DNA from: a candidate division FCPU426 bacterium
GTDB lineage: Bacteria > Oederibacteriota > Muellerivitia > Muellerivitales > Muellerivitaceae
NCBI GenBank assembly: GCA_963719085.1
Contig: CAVRAL010000001.1
Location: 992,001 to 1,056,000, forward strand
Length of the DNA stretch: 64,000 bases
Direction of reading: 5' to 3'
Shown: piece by piece, positions 23,522-30,994 of the stretch
Numbering within the stretch: the stretch's first letter is position 1
Layout of the letters: each line of letters opens with the position of its first letter
The notes under the pieces: model-generated
The model's database searches: none
What the model was told of the DNA's origin: nothing
Seen by the model: only the letters and a program-made list of their open reading frames with translations
Program-made: the position numbers and the translations under genes

Positions 23522-23755
23522 AAACAAAAAATCCCGGGTCCCGCTGGCTTCAGCGGACTCGGGATTAGGAAAAATTCCATAATCACTAAGACCGCTTTAG
23601 CGCCCAGTTCGCCTTTGCAGGCACGGTCGGGGCAAGTTGGTGGCGGATACGGACAAAGTCCGCAACCGCCCCGGGTGTGGTCCCATTCTTTCCGGGTCCA
23701 CGGGTATTCCGTATCTTTTTGGGATTCGGAATAACGCCGGTTAAAGCCTCACCGT
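23522..23755 (-). ncRNA. SAM-II-like riboswitch unit plus terminator (third in porin/sbp leader; ~100-nt multi-hairpin insertion)
   Basis: ACGGT-GAG-GCTTTAA ... CCAAC-TTGC-CCCG-ACCGT-GCCT(GCAA)AGGC-GAACTGGGC-GCTAAAGCGG; then terminator AATCCCGAGTCCGCTG-AAGC-CAGCGGGACCCGGGATT-TTTTGTTT. Confidence 0.7.
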
Positions 23756-23790
23756 TTCATCGATTGTTCAGAGGGGATTTTTGTTGGATG

Positions 23791-23986
23791 AAAACAAAAA
23801 TCCCGAACCACTTGGCTTAGAGCGGTTCGGGATTCGGGAAATTCTCGAATTCTTCACCGCTTTAGCCCCCAGTTTTTTTCGACCCCAATGACGGGCCAAA
23901 AACGGTCGGGGCAAGTTGGTCAATCCTCTTTCAAGGACCGTTGGAAAAGCCTTGTTCAGACTTTTCGCCAATTAAAGCCACACCGC
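23791..23986 (-). ncRNA. SAM-II-like riboswitch unit plus terminator (second in porin/sbp leader; ~50-nt insertion)
   Basis: GCGGT-GTG-GCTTTAA ... CCAAC-TTGC-CCCG-ACCGT ... AACTGGGG-GCTAAAGCGG; terminator AATCCCGAACCGCT-CTAAGCCA-AGTGGTTCGGGATT-TTTGTTTT. Confidence 0.7.
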
Positions 23987-24012
23987 TTGAAGCGAATGAC
24001 AAATCCAGGGTT

Positions 24013-24145
24013 AAAACAAAAAACCCGGGCCGCTTTAAAAGCGGTCCGGGTTTAGGGATTTCTCTCTAAATCGTCATTTCCGCTTTAGCTCGCTGTTCGG
24101 CTCTTTCGAGCCACGCCGGAGCAAGTTGAAACTTAAAGCCCGCGC
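24013..24145 (-). ncRNA. SAM-II-like riboswitch unit plus terminator (first in porin/sbp leader)
   Basis: GCGCGG-GCTTTAAGTTTCAAC-TTGC-TCCGGCGT-GGCTC(GAAA)GAGCC-GAACAGCGA-GCTAAAGCGG; terminator AAACCCGGACCGCTTT-T-AAAGCGGCCCGGGTTT-TTTGTTTT. Confidence 0.78.
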
Positions 24146-24156
24146 TTGATGTTGGA

Positions 24157-24185
24157 AATATAGCTCGCCACCGATTTCCTGTCAA
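24157..24185 (-). promoter_or_regulatory. Sigma70-type promoter for porin-sbp-cys leader
   Basis: TTGACA-17 nt-TATATT with AT-rich upstream tract, about 10 nt before the first riboswitch-like unit. Confidence 0.8.
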
Positions 24186-24202
24186 CCGAAATTATTTTTT
24201 TA

Positions 24203-24370
24203 TTATCCACCTACCGTTAAATCAAATCGCTTCTTTTTCAATCGGTTCAGGTGTCCCTCAAGCAGCTTTCGAATCCTCGAAAGTTCTTTCACCCATCGAA
24301 GCAGTGTCTCGCGGGAGAAGCCGCGATCCGATTTTCTTCCCAGCCGTTTAAAATTTTTCCTTTTCGGCAT
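24203..24370 (-). CDS. Possible small basic protein (55 aa) downstream of the cysteine desulfurase
   Basis: GGAG RBS, ATG at 24370 (MPKRKNFKRLGRK...), double TAA stop; no recognised homology. Confidence 0.3.
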   Translation of the reverse strand: MPKRKNFKRLGRKSDRGFSRETLLRWVKELSRIRKLLEGHLNRLKKKRFDLTVGG

Positions 24371-24401
24371 CTGGCTTCTCCCGACATCCGTATCCAAAAA
24401 A

Positions 24402-26324
24402 TCACCGAGCCGACGGAACCCTTCCCCCCACCAACCGACAAAGAGCGGACTCCAAGGCGTCCAAATCCTCGAAGGTGTTATAAAAGGCCAACGAAGCCCG
24501 AACGGTTCCCTCCAGCCCAAAACGACGCAGGATTGGCTGGGCGCAATGGTGCCCTGACCTGACCGCGATCCCTTCCTTATCCAACGCCTGTCCAATCTCC
24601 TCGTTCTTAAACCCATCGATCACAAACGATAGCACCCCGGCCTTTTCCGCGGCGTTGCCAATAATCCGCAATCCCGGGATGGCCTTTAGCTTTTGAGTCC
24701 CATAAACCAGCAGTTCATGCTCATGACGGGCCACATTCTCCAGCCCGACCCGATCCAGATAATCGAGCGCCGCGCCCAAACCCACCGCGTCGGCGATATT
24801 GCCGGTCCCGGCCTCAAATCGTCCGGGAGCAGGCTGGTAAAGGGTCTTCTCGAAAGTCACATCGGCGATCATGTTTCCCCCTCCCTGCCAGGGCTGGAAG
24901 GAATTTAAAAGAGCTTCCTTGCCGTGCAAAACCCCGATTCCCGTCGGCCCAAAAACCTTGTGACCCGAAAAAACATAAAAATCACTATCCAGCTCCGCCA
25001 CATTCACCCGGAGATGGGAAACCGCCTGGGCCCCATCCACCAATATTTTCGCACCATGGCGGTGGGCGATTTCAATCAACTGCTTCACCGGCGTCAACGT
25101 TCCCAAGGCGTTGGAAACTTGCGTCACCGAAACCAACTTCGTCTTGTCCGTTAAAAGTTTCTCGTACTCGTCGAGTAGGACCTGTCCCGAATCATCCACA
25201 GGAATGACCCGCAGTTTCGCGCCCTTGGCGGAGGCGAGATGCTGCCATGGAACGATATTGGCGTGGTGTTCGAGCCAGCTGACGATAATCTCGTCGCCCG
25301 CCCCGATGTTCTGCTCTCCCCAGGCCTTGGCCACCAGATTGATGGCCTCGGTGGCGCCCCGAACGAAAACAATTTCTTTCGCCGAAGAAGCCCCCAAAAA
25401 TCGCCGCGCTTTTTCTCGGGCCCCCTCGTAAGCGTCCGTAGCCCGGGCGGCCAGGGTATGGGCGGCGCGGTGAACGTTGGAATTCTCGTTGGCGTAAAAA
25501 TAATCCAACCGGTCAATGACGGTTTGGGGTTTTTGCGTGGTGGCCGCGTTGTCCAACCAAACCAAGGGCTTCCCGTTGATCTTCTGCCGCAGGATGGGAA
25601 AATCTTTTTTATACCAGGCCGCGTCAAAGACCGGACGCGGACCGCCCGAACTCAGGGGAGCCACCACTGGCGTAAAAGCATAAGGATCCGCCAAGACGGC
25701 CCCCGGTTCATTTCCGCCCTCCAAAAGAACCGATCCCGGCACGCCGCTCGTTCCCGCCGAAAAAATTTCAGAGGATGGCTGGGTCGACGCGGGGACGCTG
25801 TTTATCTGATCGGACACTTTGGATGGCGCCTCAGCCGGGGACTTCGCTTTTGGATTTTCCTCAAGTTTCAAATCCTCGGGAAAAACCGCCGGAAATGAAA
25901 AAGCCCTGCCATCCGTTCCGATCGGCAGCGCGGAACCGGAAAAAGGGTTCACCGTTTCCGAATGGGAACTGGGGGCGGAAAAAAAAGCCGACAACCCTAA
26001 ACCCGCCGGAATCCCGGCCAAAACCCCCGAGTCCAAGGGTTCGGTCAACAGTCCGGCCGGCGATGAAATCGGCGTGAAGGGCTGGAACGAGGCCAAACTG
26101 CCGGTGGGTCCTCCCGGAACCGGTGAGGGCGCCGCGATGGCCGGTGAAGGGCTTGAAACCACCGAGGGCAACGGCGGCTGCCCCGACAAAACAGAGCCCG
26201 CGGACGGCGTCGCCGGATGTCCCGGAACGGCCCTGAAAAACTCGTTGGCCAACTCGGTCAACAAGGCCGGATCCGGAGCCAAGGTCCCCCAAGAGGATTC
26301 AGGATTGGGGTTACTTGTAGTCAT
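24402..26324 (-). CDS. SufS-type (class II) cysteine desulfurase with ~230-aa disordered N-terminus: family 2A encapsulin cargo
   Basis: WLDNAATTQKP, VHRAAH, FSGHK (PLP Lys) and RSGHHCA motifs; P/S/G/A-rich N-terminal extension with LTELANEFF motif; ATG overlaps the end of the encapsulin gene. Confidence 0.93.
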   Translation of the reverse strand: MTTSNPNPESSWGTLAPDPALLTELANEFFRAVPGHPATPSAGSVLSGQPPLPSVVSSPSPAIAAPSPVPGGPTGSLASFQPFTPISSPAGLLTEPLDSGVLAGIPAGLGLSAFFSAPSSHSETVNPFSGSALPIGTDGRAFSFPAVFPEDLKLEENPKAKSPAEAPSKVSDQINSVPASTQPSSEIFSAGTSGVPGSVLLEGGNEPGAVLADPYAFTPVVAPLSSGGPRPVFDAAWYKKDFPILRQKINGKPLVWLDNAATTQKPQTVIDRLDYFYANENSNVHRAAHTLAARATDAYEGAREKARRFLGASSAKEIVFVRGATEAINLVAKAWGEQNIGAGDEIIVSWLEHHANIVPWQHLASAKGAKLRVIPVDDSGQVLLDEYEKLLTDKTKLVSVTQVSNALGTLTPVKQLIEIAHRHGAKILVDGAQAVSHLRVNVAELDSDFYVFSGHKVFGPTGIGVLHGKEALLNSFQPWQGGGNMIADVTFEKTLYQPAPGRFEAGTGNIADAVGLGAALDYLDRVGLENVARHEHELLVYGTQKLKAIPGLRIIGNAAEKAGVLSFVIDGFKNEEIGQALDKEGIAVRSGHHCAQPILRRFGLEGTVRASLAFYNTFEDLDALESALCRLVGGRVPSAR

Positions 26325-27234
26325 AGTATTGCGCCACATCGACGTCCTCGAGCACCGCCACCGCGTCATCGGTCAAAACAGCCAAGGAGCAGTAGAGGGA
26401 AATCAAATAAGACGCGATCGCTTTGCTGTCGATGCCCATGAACCGCACGGACAAACTGGGGCTGACTTCCCCCGGCAGTCCGGGCTGAAAAAGACCGATG
26501 ACCCCCTGTTTTTTCTCCCCGGTTCGGATGAGGAGAATATTCGTCTTGTTCTTTTCGTCGATCTTGACCTTATCGCTCGACACGATCGGGATTCCGCGCC
26601 AAGTCAAAAAGGGCGATCCAAACAAAGTCGTCGTCGGAGGCGGAACACCCCGGCGGGTGCATTCCCGCCCAAAGGCCGCCACGGCTTTGGGGTGGGCCAA
26701 AAAGAAAGAAGGCTCTTTCCAGACCTTCGTGATCAATTCGTCTAAATCGTCAGGCGTTGGGCGGCCCTGGCGGGTCTTGATCTTTTGCGAATCCAAGGCC
26801 GAATGGATCAGGCCGTATTCCTTGTTGTTGATCAACTCGCCTTCCTGGCGTTCCTTAACCCGTTCGATCAAAAGCCGCAATTGCTCCTGTATCTGGTCGA
26901 TCGGCTTGCTGTAAAGGTCGGAAACGCGGGTCTGCACATGCAGGACCGAGGTCACCGCGTTCAACCATAATTCTTTCGGGAACTCGTCGTAATTGACGAA
27001 GGTCTGGGGCAAATCGGCGTCTCCCCGCGGGCTGCATTCCACATCCGGTCCGTTGCTTTTATCTTTTACTTTATTCAGCCGGAAAATCCCCGATTCCACC
27101 GGCACCCATTGAAGAAATGGCACCAGCCACCGCGGCGTGATCCCCTCCCATTGGGCGTGTGTCTTCGTGACATTCGCCAACTGCGTGGCCGCGTTTTCTC
27201 CCAGCGTTCTGCGCACTTCTATTGATTCCGCCAT
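26311..27234 (-). CDS. Family 2A encapsulin shell protein (SrpI/major membrane protein I-like)
   Basis: AATQLANVTKT..QW..ITPRWL, LPQTFVNY, QLRLLIERVKERQE.EL, PTPDDLDELI.KVWKEP and ECTRRGVPPP motifs; 307 aa; upstream of a cysteine desulfurase. Confidence 0.93.
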   Translation of the reverse strand: MAESIEVRRTLGENAATQLANVTKTHAQWEGITPRWLVPFLQWVPVESGIFRLNKVKDKSNGPDVECSPRGDADLPQTFVNYDEFPKELWLNAVTSVLHVQTRVSDLYSKPIDQIQEQLRLLIERVKERQEGELINNKEYGLIHSALDSQKIKTRQGRPTPDDLDELITKVWKEPSFFLAHPKAVAAFGRECTRRGVPPPTTTLFGSPFLTWRGIPIVSSDKVKIDEKNKTNILLIRTGEKKQGVIGLFQPGLPGEVSPSLSVRFMGIDSKAIASYLISLYCSLAVLTDDAVAVLEDVDVAQYYDYK

Positions 27235-27290
27235 GACCGCCTCCCTGAATGAAATAGTTCGTCCACTACCGGCTCAACGTTTCATAAGAC

Positions 27291-27551
27291 TCAAAAACCG
27301 CTCCGACCGGCGCTTGGAAGATGGGTCGTGGTTTTAGCCCTGTTGACGGACCAATCCAATTCCGACTTCCCGGCCTTCCTGAAGCCATTCCTGAAATAGG
27401 CCCGCCAAACAATCCCCAGGCTTCCCAAAAACAGAATGGGACCGCTTTTAAAGCTCGAGGCCAAAAACCAAAGGGTCAGTCGCTTGGAAGCGACCAAGTC
27501 CCGCTCAATTTCCCGCCTCCACAAAATCAATTGCTTCGTTTCTGAATTCAT
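27291..27551 (-). CDS. Possible small hypothetical protein (86 aa) between riboswitch leader and encapsulin
   Basis: GGAGG RBS before ATG at 27551 (MNSETKQLILWRREIE...); one hydrophobic stretch; no recognised homology. Confidence 0.4.
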   Translation of the reverse strand: MNSETKQLILWRREIERDLVASKRLTLWFLASSFKSGPILFLGSLGIVWRAYFRNGFRKAGKSELDWSVNRAKTTTHLPSAGRSGF

Positions 27552-27572
27552 CTTTTCCTCCCGCGGCGGGAT

Positions 27573-27709
27573 AAAAAAAAATCCCAAACCGCCTGATACT
27601 CGCGGTTTGGGATTAGGGGAAAAACCCGATAATCTTCTTTCCGCTTTAGCGCCCTGTTGACCCCTCGCGGGGCACGGCCGGGGCAATTAGGTCAACAAAG
27701 CCTCGCCGG
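27573..27709 (-). ncRNA. SAM-II-like riboswitch unit plus terminator (second in encapsulin leader)
   Basis: CCGGC-GAG-GCTTTGTTGACCTAA-TTGC-CCCG-GCCG-TGCCCC(GCGA)GGGGTC-AACAGGGC-GCTAAAGCGG; terminator AATCCCAAACCGC...GCGGTTTGGGATT-TTTTTTT. Confidence 0.72.
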
Positions 27710-27767
27710 TATCCCGATTCTTGTGAAATCGGGAAAAAAGCATTGAATTTAAGGGTTTTTTGCCCAT

Positions 27768-27898
27768 AAACAAAAAACCCGGGCCGCTTTAAAAGCGGTC
27801 CGGGTTTAGGGATTTCTCTCTAACACGATCTTCGCCGCTTTAGCTCGCTGTTCGACCCGAAGGTCACGCCGGAGCAAGTTGGAACTTAAAGCCCGCGT
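27768..27898 (-). ncRNA. SAM-II-like riboswitch unit plus terminator (first in encapsulin leader)
   Basis: ACGCGG-GCTTTAAGTTCCAAC-TTGC-TCCGGCGT-GACC(TTCG)GGTC-GAACAGCGA-GCTAAAGCGG; same terminator as the unit at 24013-24145. Confidence 0.78.
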
Positions 27899-27911
27899 TT
27901 GAATCTTTTAA

Positions 27912-27939
27912 ATCCTACCACTCCCTTTCGGCATGTCAA
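27912..27939 (-). promoter_or_regulatory. Sigma70-type promoter for the encapsulin leader
   Basis: TTGACA-16 nt-TAGGAT with extended -10 TG, just upstream of the first unit. Confidence 0.7.
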
Positions 27940-28121
27940 CCGGAATTTTATTTTTATTTGATAATCTCTCCCGGCGAAGACAAGATGCTTTTTTCCGCGG
28001 TCCATAGACAAACGCCATTCCAAAATAAAAAACCGAGACTCCTGTAAATACAATGAAGTCCCGGTTTTCCAATTGCCTCGGCCATAGTTATTCGACGGAG
28101 GCCTATAGAATTTTAACCTGA

Positions 28122-29522
28122 TTAAAACAGCCAAAACCTTTTGTGACTGGAAGCCTTCAGCTTGTTCGAGTCCAATTCTTCCACCGGATTTTCCGAATGG
28201 GGCGTCCCGGCGGGAACCCAGTCATAAGGAACAGGCTGGGCCCGATAAACCCAGTTCACAATGATCCCCTGCCCGCTTTGGTCCCAACCATCATGGGCTT
28301 GGTTAACGTAGGGGTTGACATATTCCCAGACGATCTCCCCAGTCGGAGTCACTTGGAAAAACCGTCCATCCCGTCCCTCGTCGATCAGCGTATTACCATT
28401 GGGAAGCCTGCGGGCGCTGCTGATGAAATGGCTCTGGAAAGACCAAATGGGCCGACCGGAGTTCTCGCCCGTGTACTGCCAAACGATCTGCTTGGTCACC
28501 GGATTAATTTCCAAAACCCGGGATCCGCCAATCAAAGAAACCGGCGGCCATCCCGCGCTGCCCTGGTTGTCGAACACCAACAGGTCACCCGCGCCCGGCA
28601 AGCCTTCGGGAATGATATGGGCGTCATGTTGGCCGGAGATCTGGTCCACGGGCCGCGGCACTTTGGATCCCTTAACCGGCGGATAATCCGGTCCTTGGCG
28701 CCAAACGACCTTGCCTGTGTGCCGATCGATGATCACGATGAAATTAGCGTTGCGGGAATCAAGAAGGATATTATCCGGATTGAAGCGCTTGTCTCCCGCG
28801 TCAAACCAATGGTTCGGACCCACTACGTTGAACTTATTAATGGTCAAGAAGCCGCTGCCTTTTTGCGGCGCGTTGTCCCCTTGGTGAATTTGTTTTTTCA
28901 GGTAGGCGATCCCCGCCGGTGAAATGCCAAACTCGCTTAAGTGGTCTCCCGCCACCCATTTCCAGACGATTTTACCGTCCGGCGTCACTTCATAAATGGC
29001 TTGGTCGGCGATGTCTTGGTCGCCCAATTCCTTGATTTTGTGGACCACGGTGACATCCAGCAGCGTATTGCCGTTGGGCAGTCGGTGCCAGTCATGGTTC
29101 TGGCGGGCCGCCCCGCCCGGCGCTTGTTCGCCCCACTCCCAAACGGTTTTTCCGTCCCAGTCCAATTCCCCAACGGTTTTATTGTGGAAAATCCCGCCCC
29201 AAGTATCTTTGCCGTCCGAAGAAAGTTGGACCAGCACATGACCCAGCTTTCCGCCGGTGATTTTGGGATCCAGCAATTCACTGGGAAAACCCCAATGGTT
29301 CCATCGGTGGACCTCATTTCCATCCAAGTCAATCAGATGGGTATTTCCATCCGGGGCCCCGAAGAGTACATAGCTGTTATAGGCTTTGGCCGGATCGTAG
29401 ATCGTGGTTCCCGTCAGGTAAACCCGGGGTGCCGCCGACAATTCCCCCGTTCCGATGGCGGTCAAAAGAACGGCCGCCGGCAATATCAGATTCTTTTTTG
29501 AAAAAAATTGACACAGTCTCAT
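28122..29522 (-). CDS. Arylsulfate sulfotransferase (ASST) family protein, paralog 3
   Basis: Signal peptide; NHDWHRLPNGNTL, DSRNAN, GQHDAH, LLVFDN and SSARRLPNGNTLIDEG motifs. Confidence 0.88.
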   Translation of the reverse strand: MRLCQFFSKKNLILPAAVLLTAIGTGELSAAPRVYLTGTTIYDPAKAYNSYVLFGAPDGNTHLIDLDGNEVHRWNHWGFPSELLDPKITGGKLGHVLVQLSSDGKDTWGGIFHNKTVGELDWDGKTVWEWGEQAPGGAARQNHDWHRLPNGNTLLDVTVVHKIKELGDQDIADQAIYEVTPDGKIVWKWVAGDHLSEFGISPAGIAYLKKQIHQGDNAPQKGSGFLTINKFNVVGPNHWFDAGDKRFNPDNILLDSRNANFIVIIDRHTGKVVWRQGPDYPPVKGSKVPRPVDQISGQHDAHIIPEGLPGAGDLLVFDNQGSAGWPPVSLIGGSRVLEINPVTKQIVWQYTGENSGRPIWSFQSHFISSARRLPNGNTLIDEGRDGRFFQVTPTGEIVWEYVNPYVNQAHDGWDQSGQGIIVNWVYRAQPVPYDWVPAGTPHSENPVEELDSNKLKASSHKRFWLF

Positions 29523-29545
29523 TTTCTTATCCTTTTCTTAAAATT

Positions 29546-30994
29546 TTATTTCTGTGCGGTCGGAGGTGGATTAAAAATCTCAGGCTCCGCCACCGGCTTT
29601 TCCGAATGGGGCGTTCCCGTCGGCACCCATTCGTACGGCACCGGGATAGCCCGGTAAACGTAATTACTGATCACCTGAGCGTTTCCCGTGGGCGCCCAAA
29701 CCTTGTCGCCGGGTTGGTTCACGTAGGGATTAACGTATTCCCAGACGATCTTGCCGGTTGGGGTGATCTGGAAGAATCTTCCGTCACTTCCCTCATCGAT
29801 AAAAGTATTGCCGTTGGGAAGACGCCTGGCATCGCTGACGAAATGACTGCGGAAGGTCCAAGCCGTGCGACCCGAATCCTCACCCGTGTATTGCCAAATG
29901 ATCTGTTTGGTCACCGGGTTGATTTCCAACACCCGGGAGCCGCCCAACAAGGAAACCGGGGGATAGCCCGCGCTTCCCTGGTTGTCAAATACCAAAAGAT
30001 TGCCGGCGCCCGGCAAGCCCTCGGGAATAATCTGGGCGTCATGCTGGCCCGAGATTTGATCCACCGGACGGGGCAATTGGCTCTGCGGATTGTCCACGAA
30101 TTGGCTGGTCACCTTCACTTTGACGCGGGGAAAATCCGGACCCAGGCGCCAAACGACCTTCCCCGTTTTTTTGTCGATGATGATGATGAAGTTGGCGTTG
30201 CGGGAATCCGTGATGATGTTGTCCGGATTAAACCGCTGGTCACCTTCGTCAAACCAATGGTTGGGCCCTATGGGTTTCATGTTGTTGAAATGAAGATACT
30301 CGACATTCTTGCCCCGCCCCACGACCTCACGCAGATATTGCAGGTCGCTCGGGGTAAAACCGAACTCGGCCAAATGGTCCCCTGCGGTCCAAGTCCAGGC
30401 GATTTTCCCATCGGGCGTGACTTCATAAAAGACTTGGTCATGCACCGGCGCCTTTACCAATCCCTTTACCGGATGGGTGACATTCGAGAGGATCAGGGTA
30501 TTGCCGTTGGGCAGGCGCGCCCAATCATGGTGCTGGTCCGCGGCCCCGCCGGGGGCATTCTGGCCCCATTCCCAAACGGTTTTGCCGTCCCAATCCAGCT
30601 CACCGAATATCTGGTTGTTGAAAAAGCCCCGTTCCCGTCCCGGCGCGTTCTTGAGTTGTAGCAGAACATGCCCCAACTGTCCGCCCGCCAGCTTCGGGTC
30701 GAGCAACCCCGCCGGGAAACCCACATGAGGCCAGGAATGGACTTCATTCCCGTCCAAATCGATCAAGTGGGTTTTTCCGTCCGGCGCGGAAAAAATCACG
30801 TAGCTATTGTAGGCCTGGGTCGGATCGTAAATCGTGGTGCCCGTCTCAAAAATCCGGGGATTGGCCGAAAGAGTCGAAATCCCCGCCAACCCAATTCCCG
30901 CCGCCAAGGACAAAATCTTTAACGAACCCCAAAAAATTCCTGGCGGGGACGCGATGGGTCCCCGCCATTTCGATAGTTTGTCGGATTTATTCAT
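29546..30994 (-). CDS. Arylsulfate sulfotransferase (ASST) family protein, paralog 2
   Basis: QHHDWARLPNGNTL, YLHFNN, DSRNAN, GQHDAQ and LLVFDN motifs. Confidence 0.9.
   Translation of the reverse strand: MNKSDKLSKWRGPIASPPGIFWGSLKILSLAAGIGLAGISTLSANPRIFETGTTIYDPTQAYNSYVIFSAPDGKTHLIDLDGNEVHSWPHVGFPAGLLDPKLAGGQLGHVLLQLKNAPGRERGFFNNQIFGELDWDGKTVWEWGQNAPGGAADQHHDWARLPNGNTLILSNVTHPVKGLVKAPVHDQVFYEVTPDGKIAWTWTAGDHLAEFGFTPSDLQYLREVVGRGKNVEYLHFNNMKPIGPNHWFDEGDQRFNPDNIITDSRNANFIIIIDKKTGKVVWRLGPDFPRVKVKVTSQFVDNPQSQLPRPVDQISGQHDAQIIPEGLPGAGNLLVFDNQGSAGYPPVSLLGGSRVLEINPVTKQIIWQYTGEDSGRTAWTFRSHFVSDARRLPNGNTFIDEGSDGRFFQITPTGKIVWEYVNPYVNQPGDKVWAPTGNAQVISNYVYRAIPVPYEWVPTGTPHSEKPVAEPEIFNPPPTAQK

Noticed and set aside
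26311..27234. Capsid-fold gene as evidence of a prophage
   Set aside because: No terminase, portal, tail or integrase; motifs and the desulfurase cargo identify a family 2A encapsulin
27552..27686. N-terminal part of ORF 27291..27686 and other short ORFs crossing the leaders (23768..23971, 37056..37304, 27886..28134)
   Set aside because: They run through aptamer, terminator or promoter sequence, lack a convincing RBS, and are not Met/Cys-rich leader peptides
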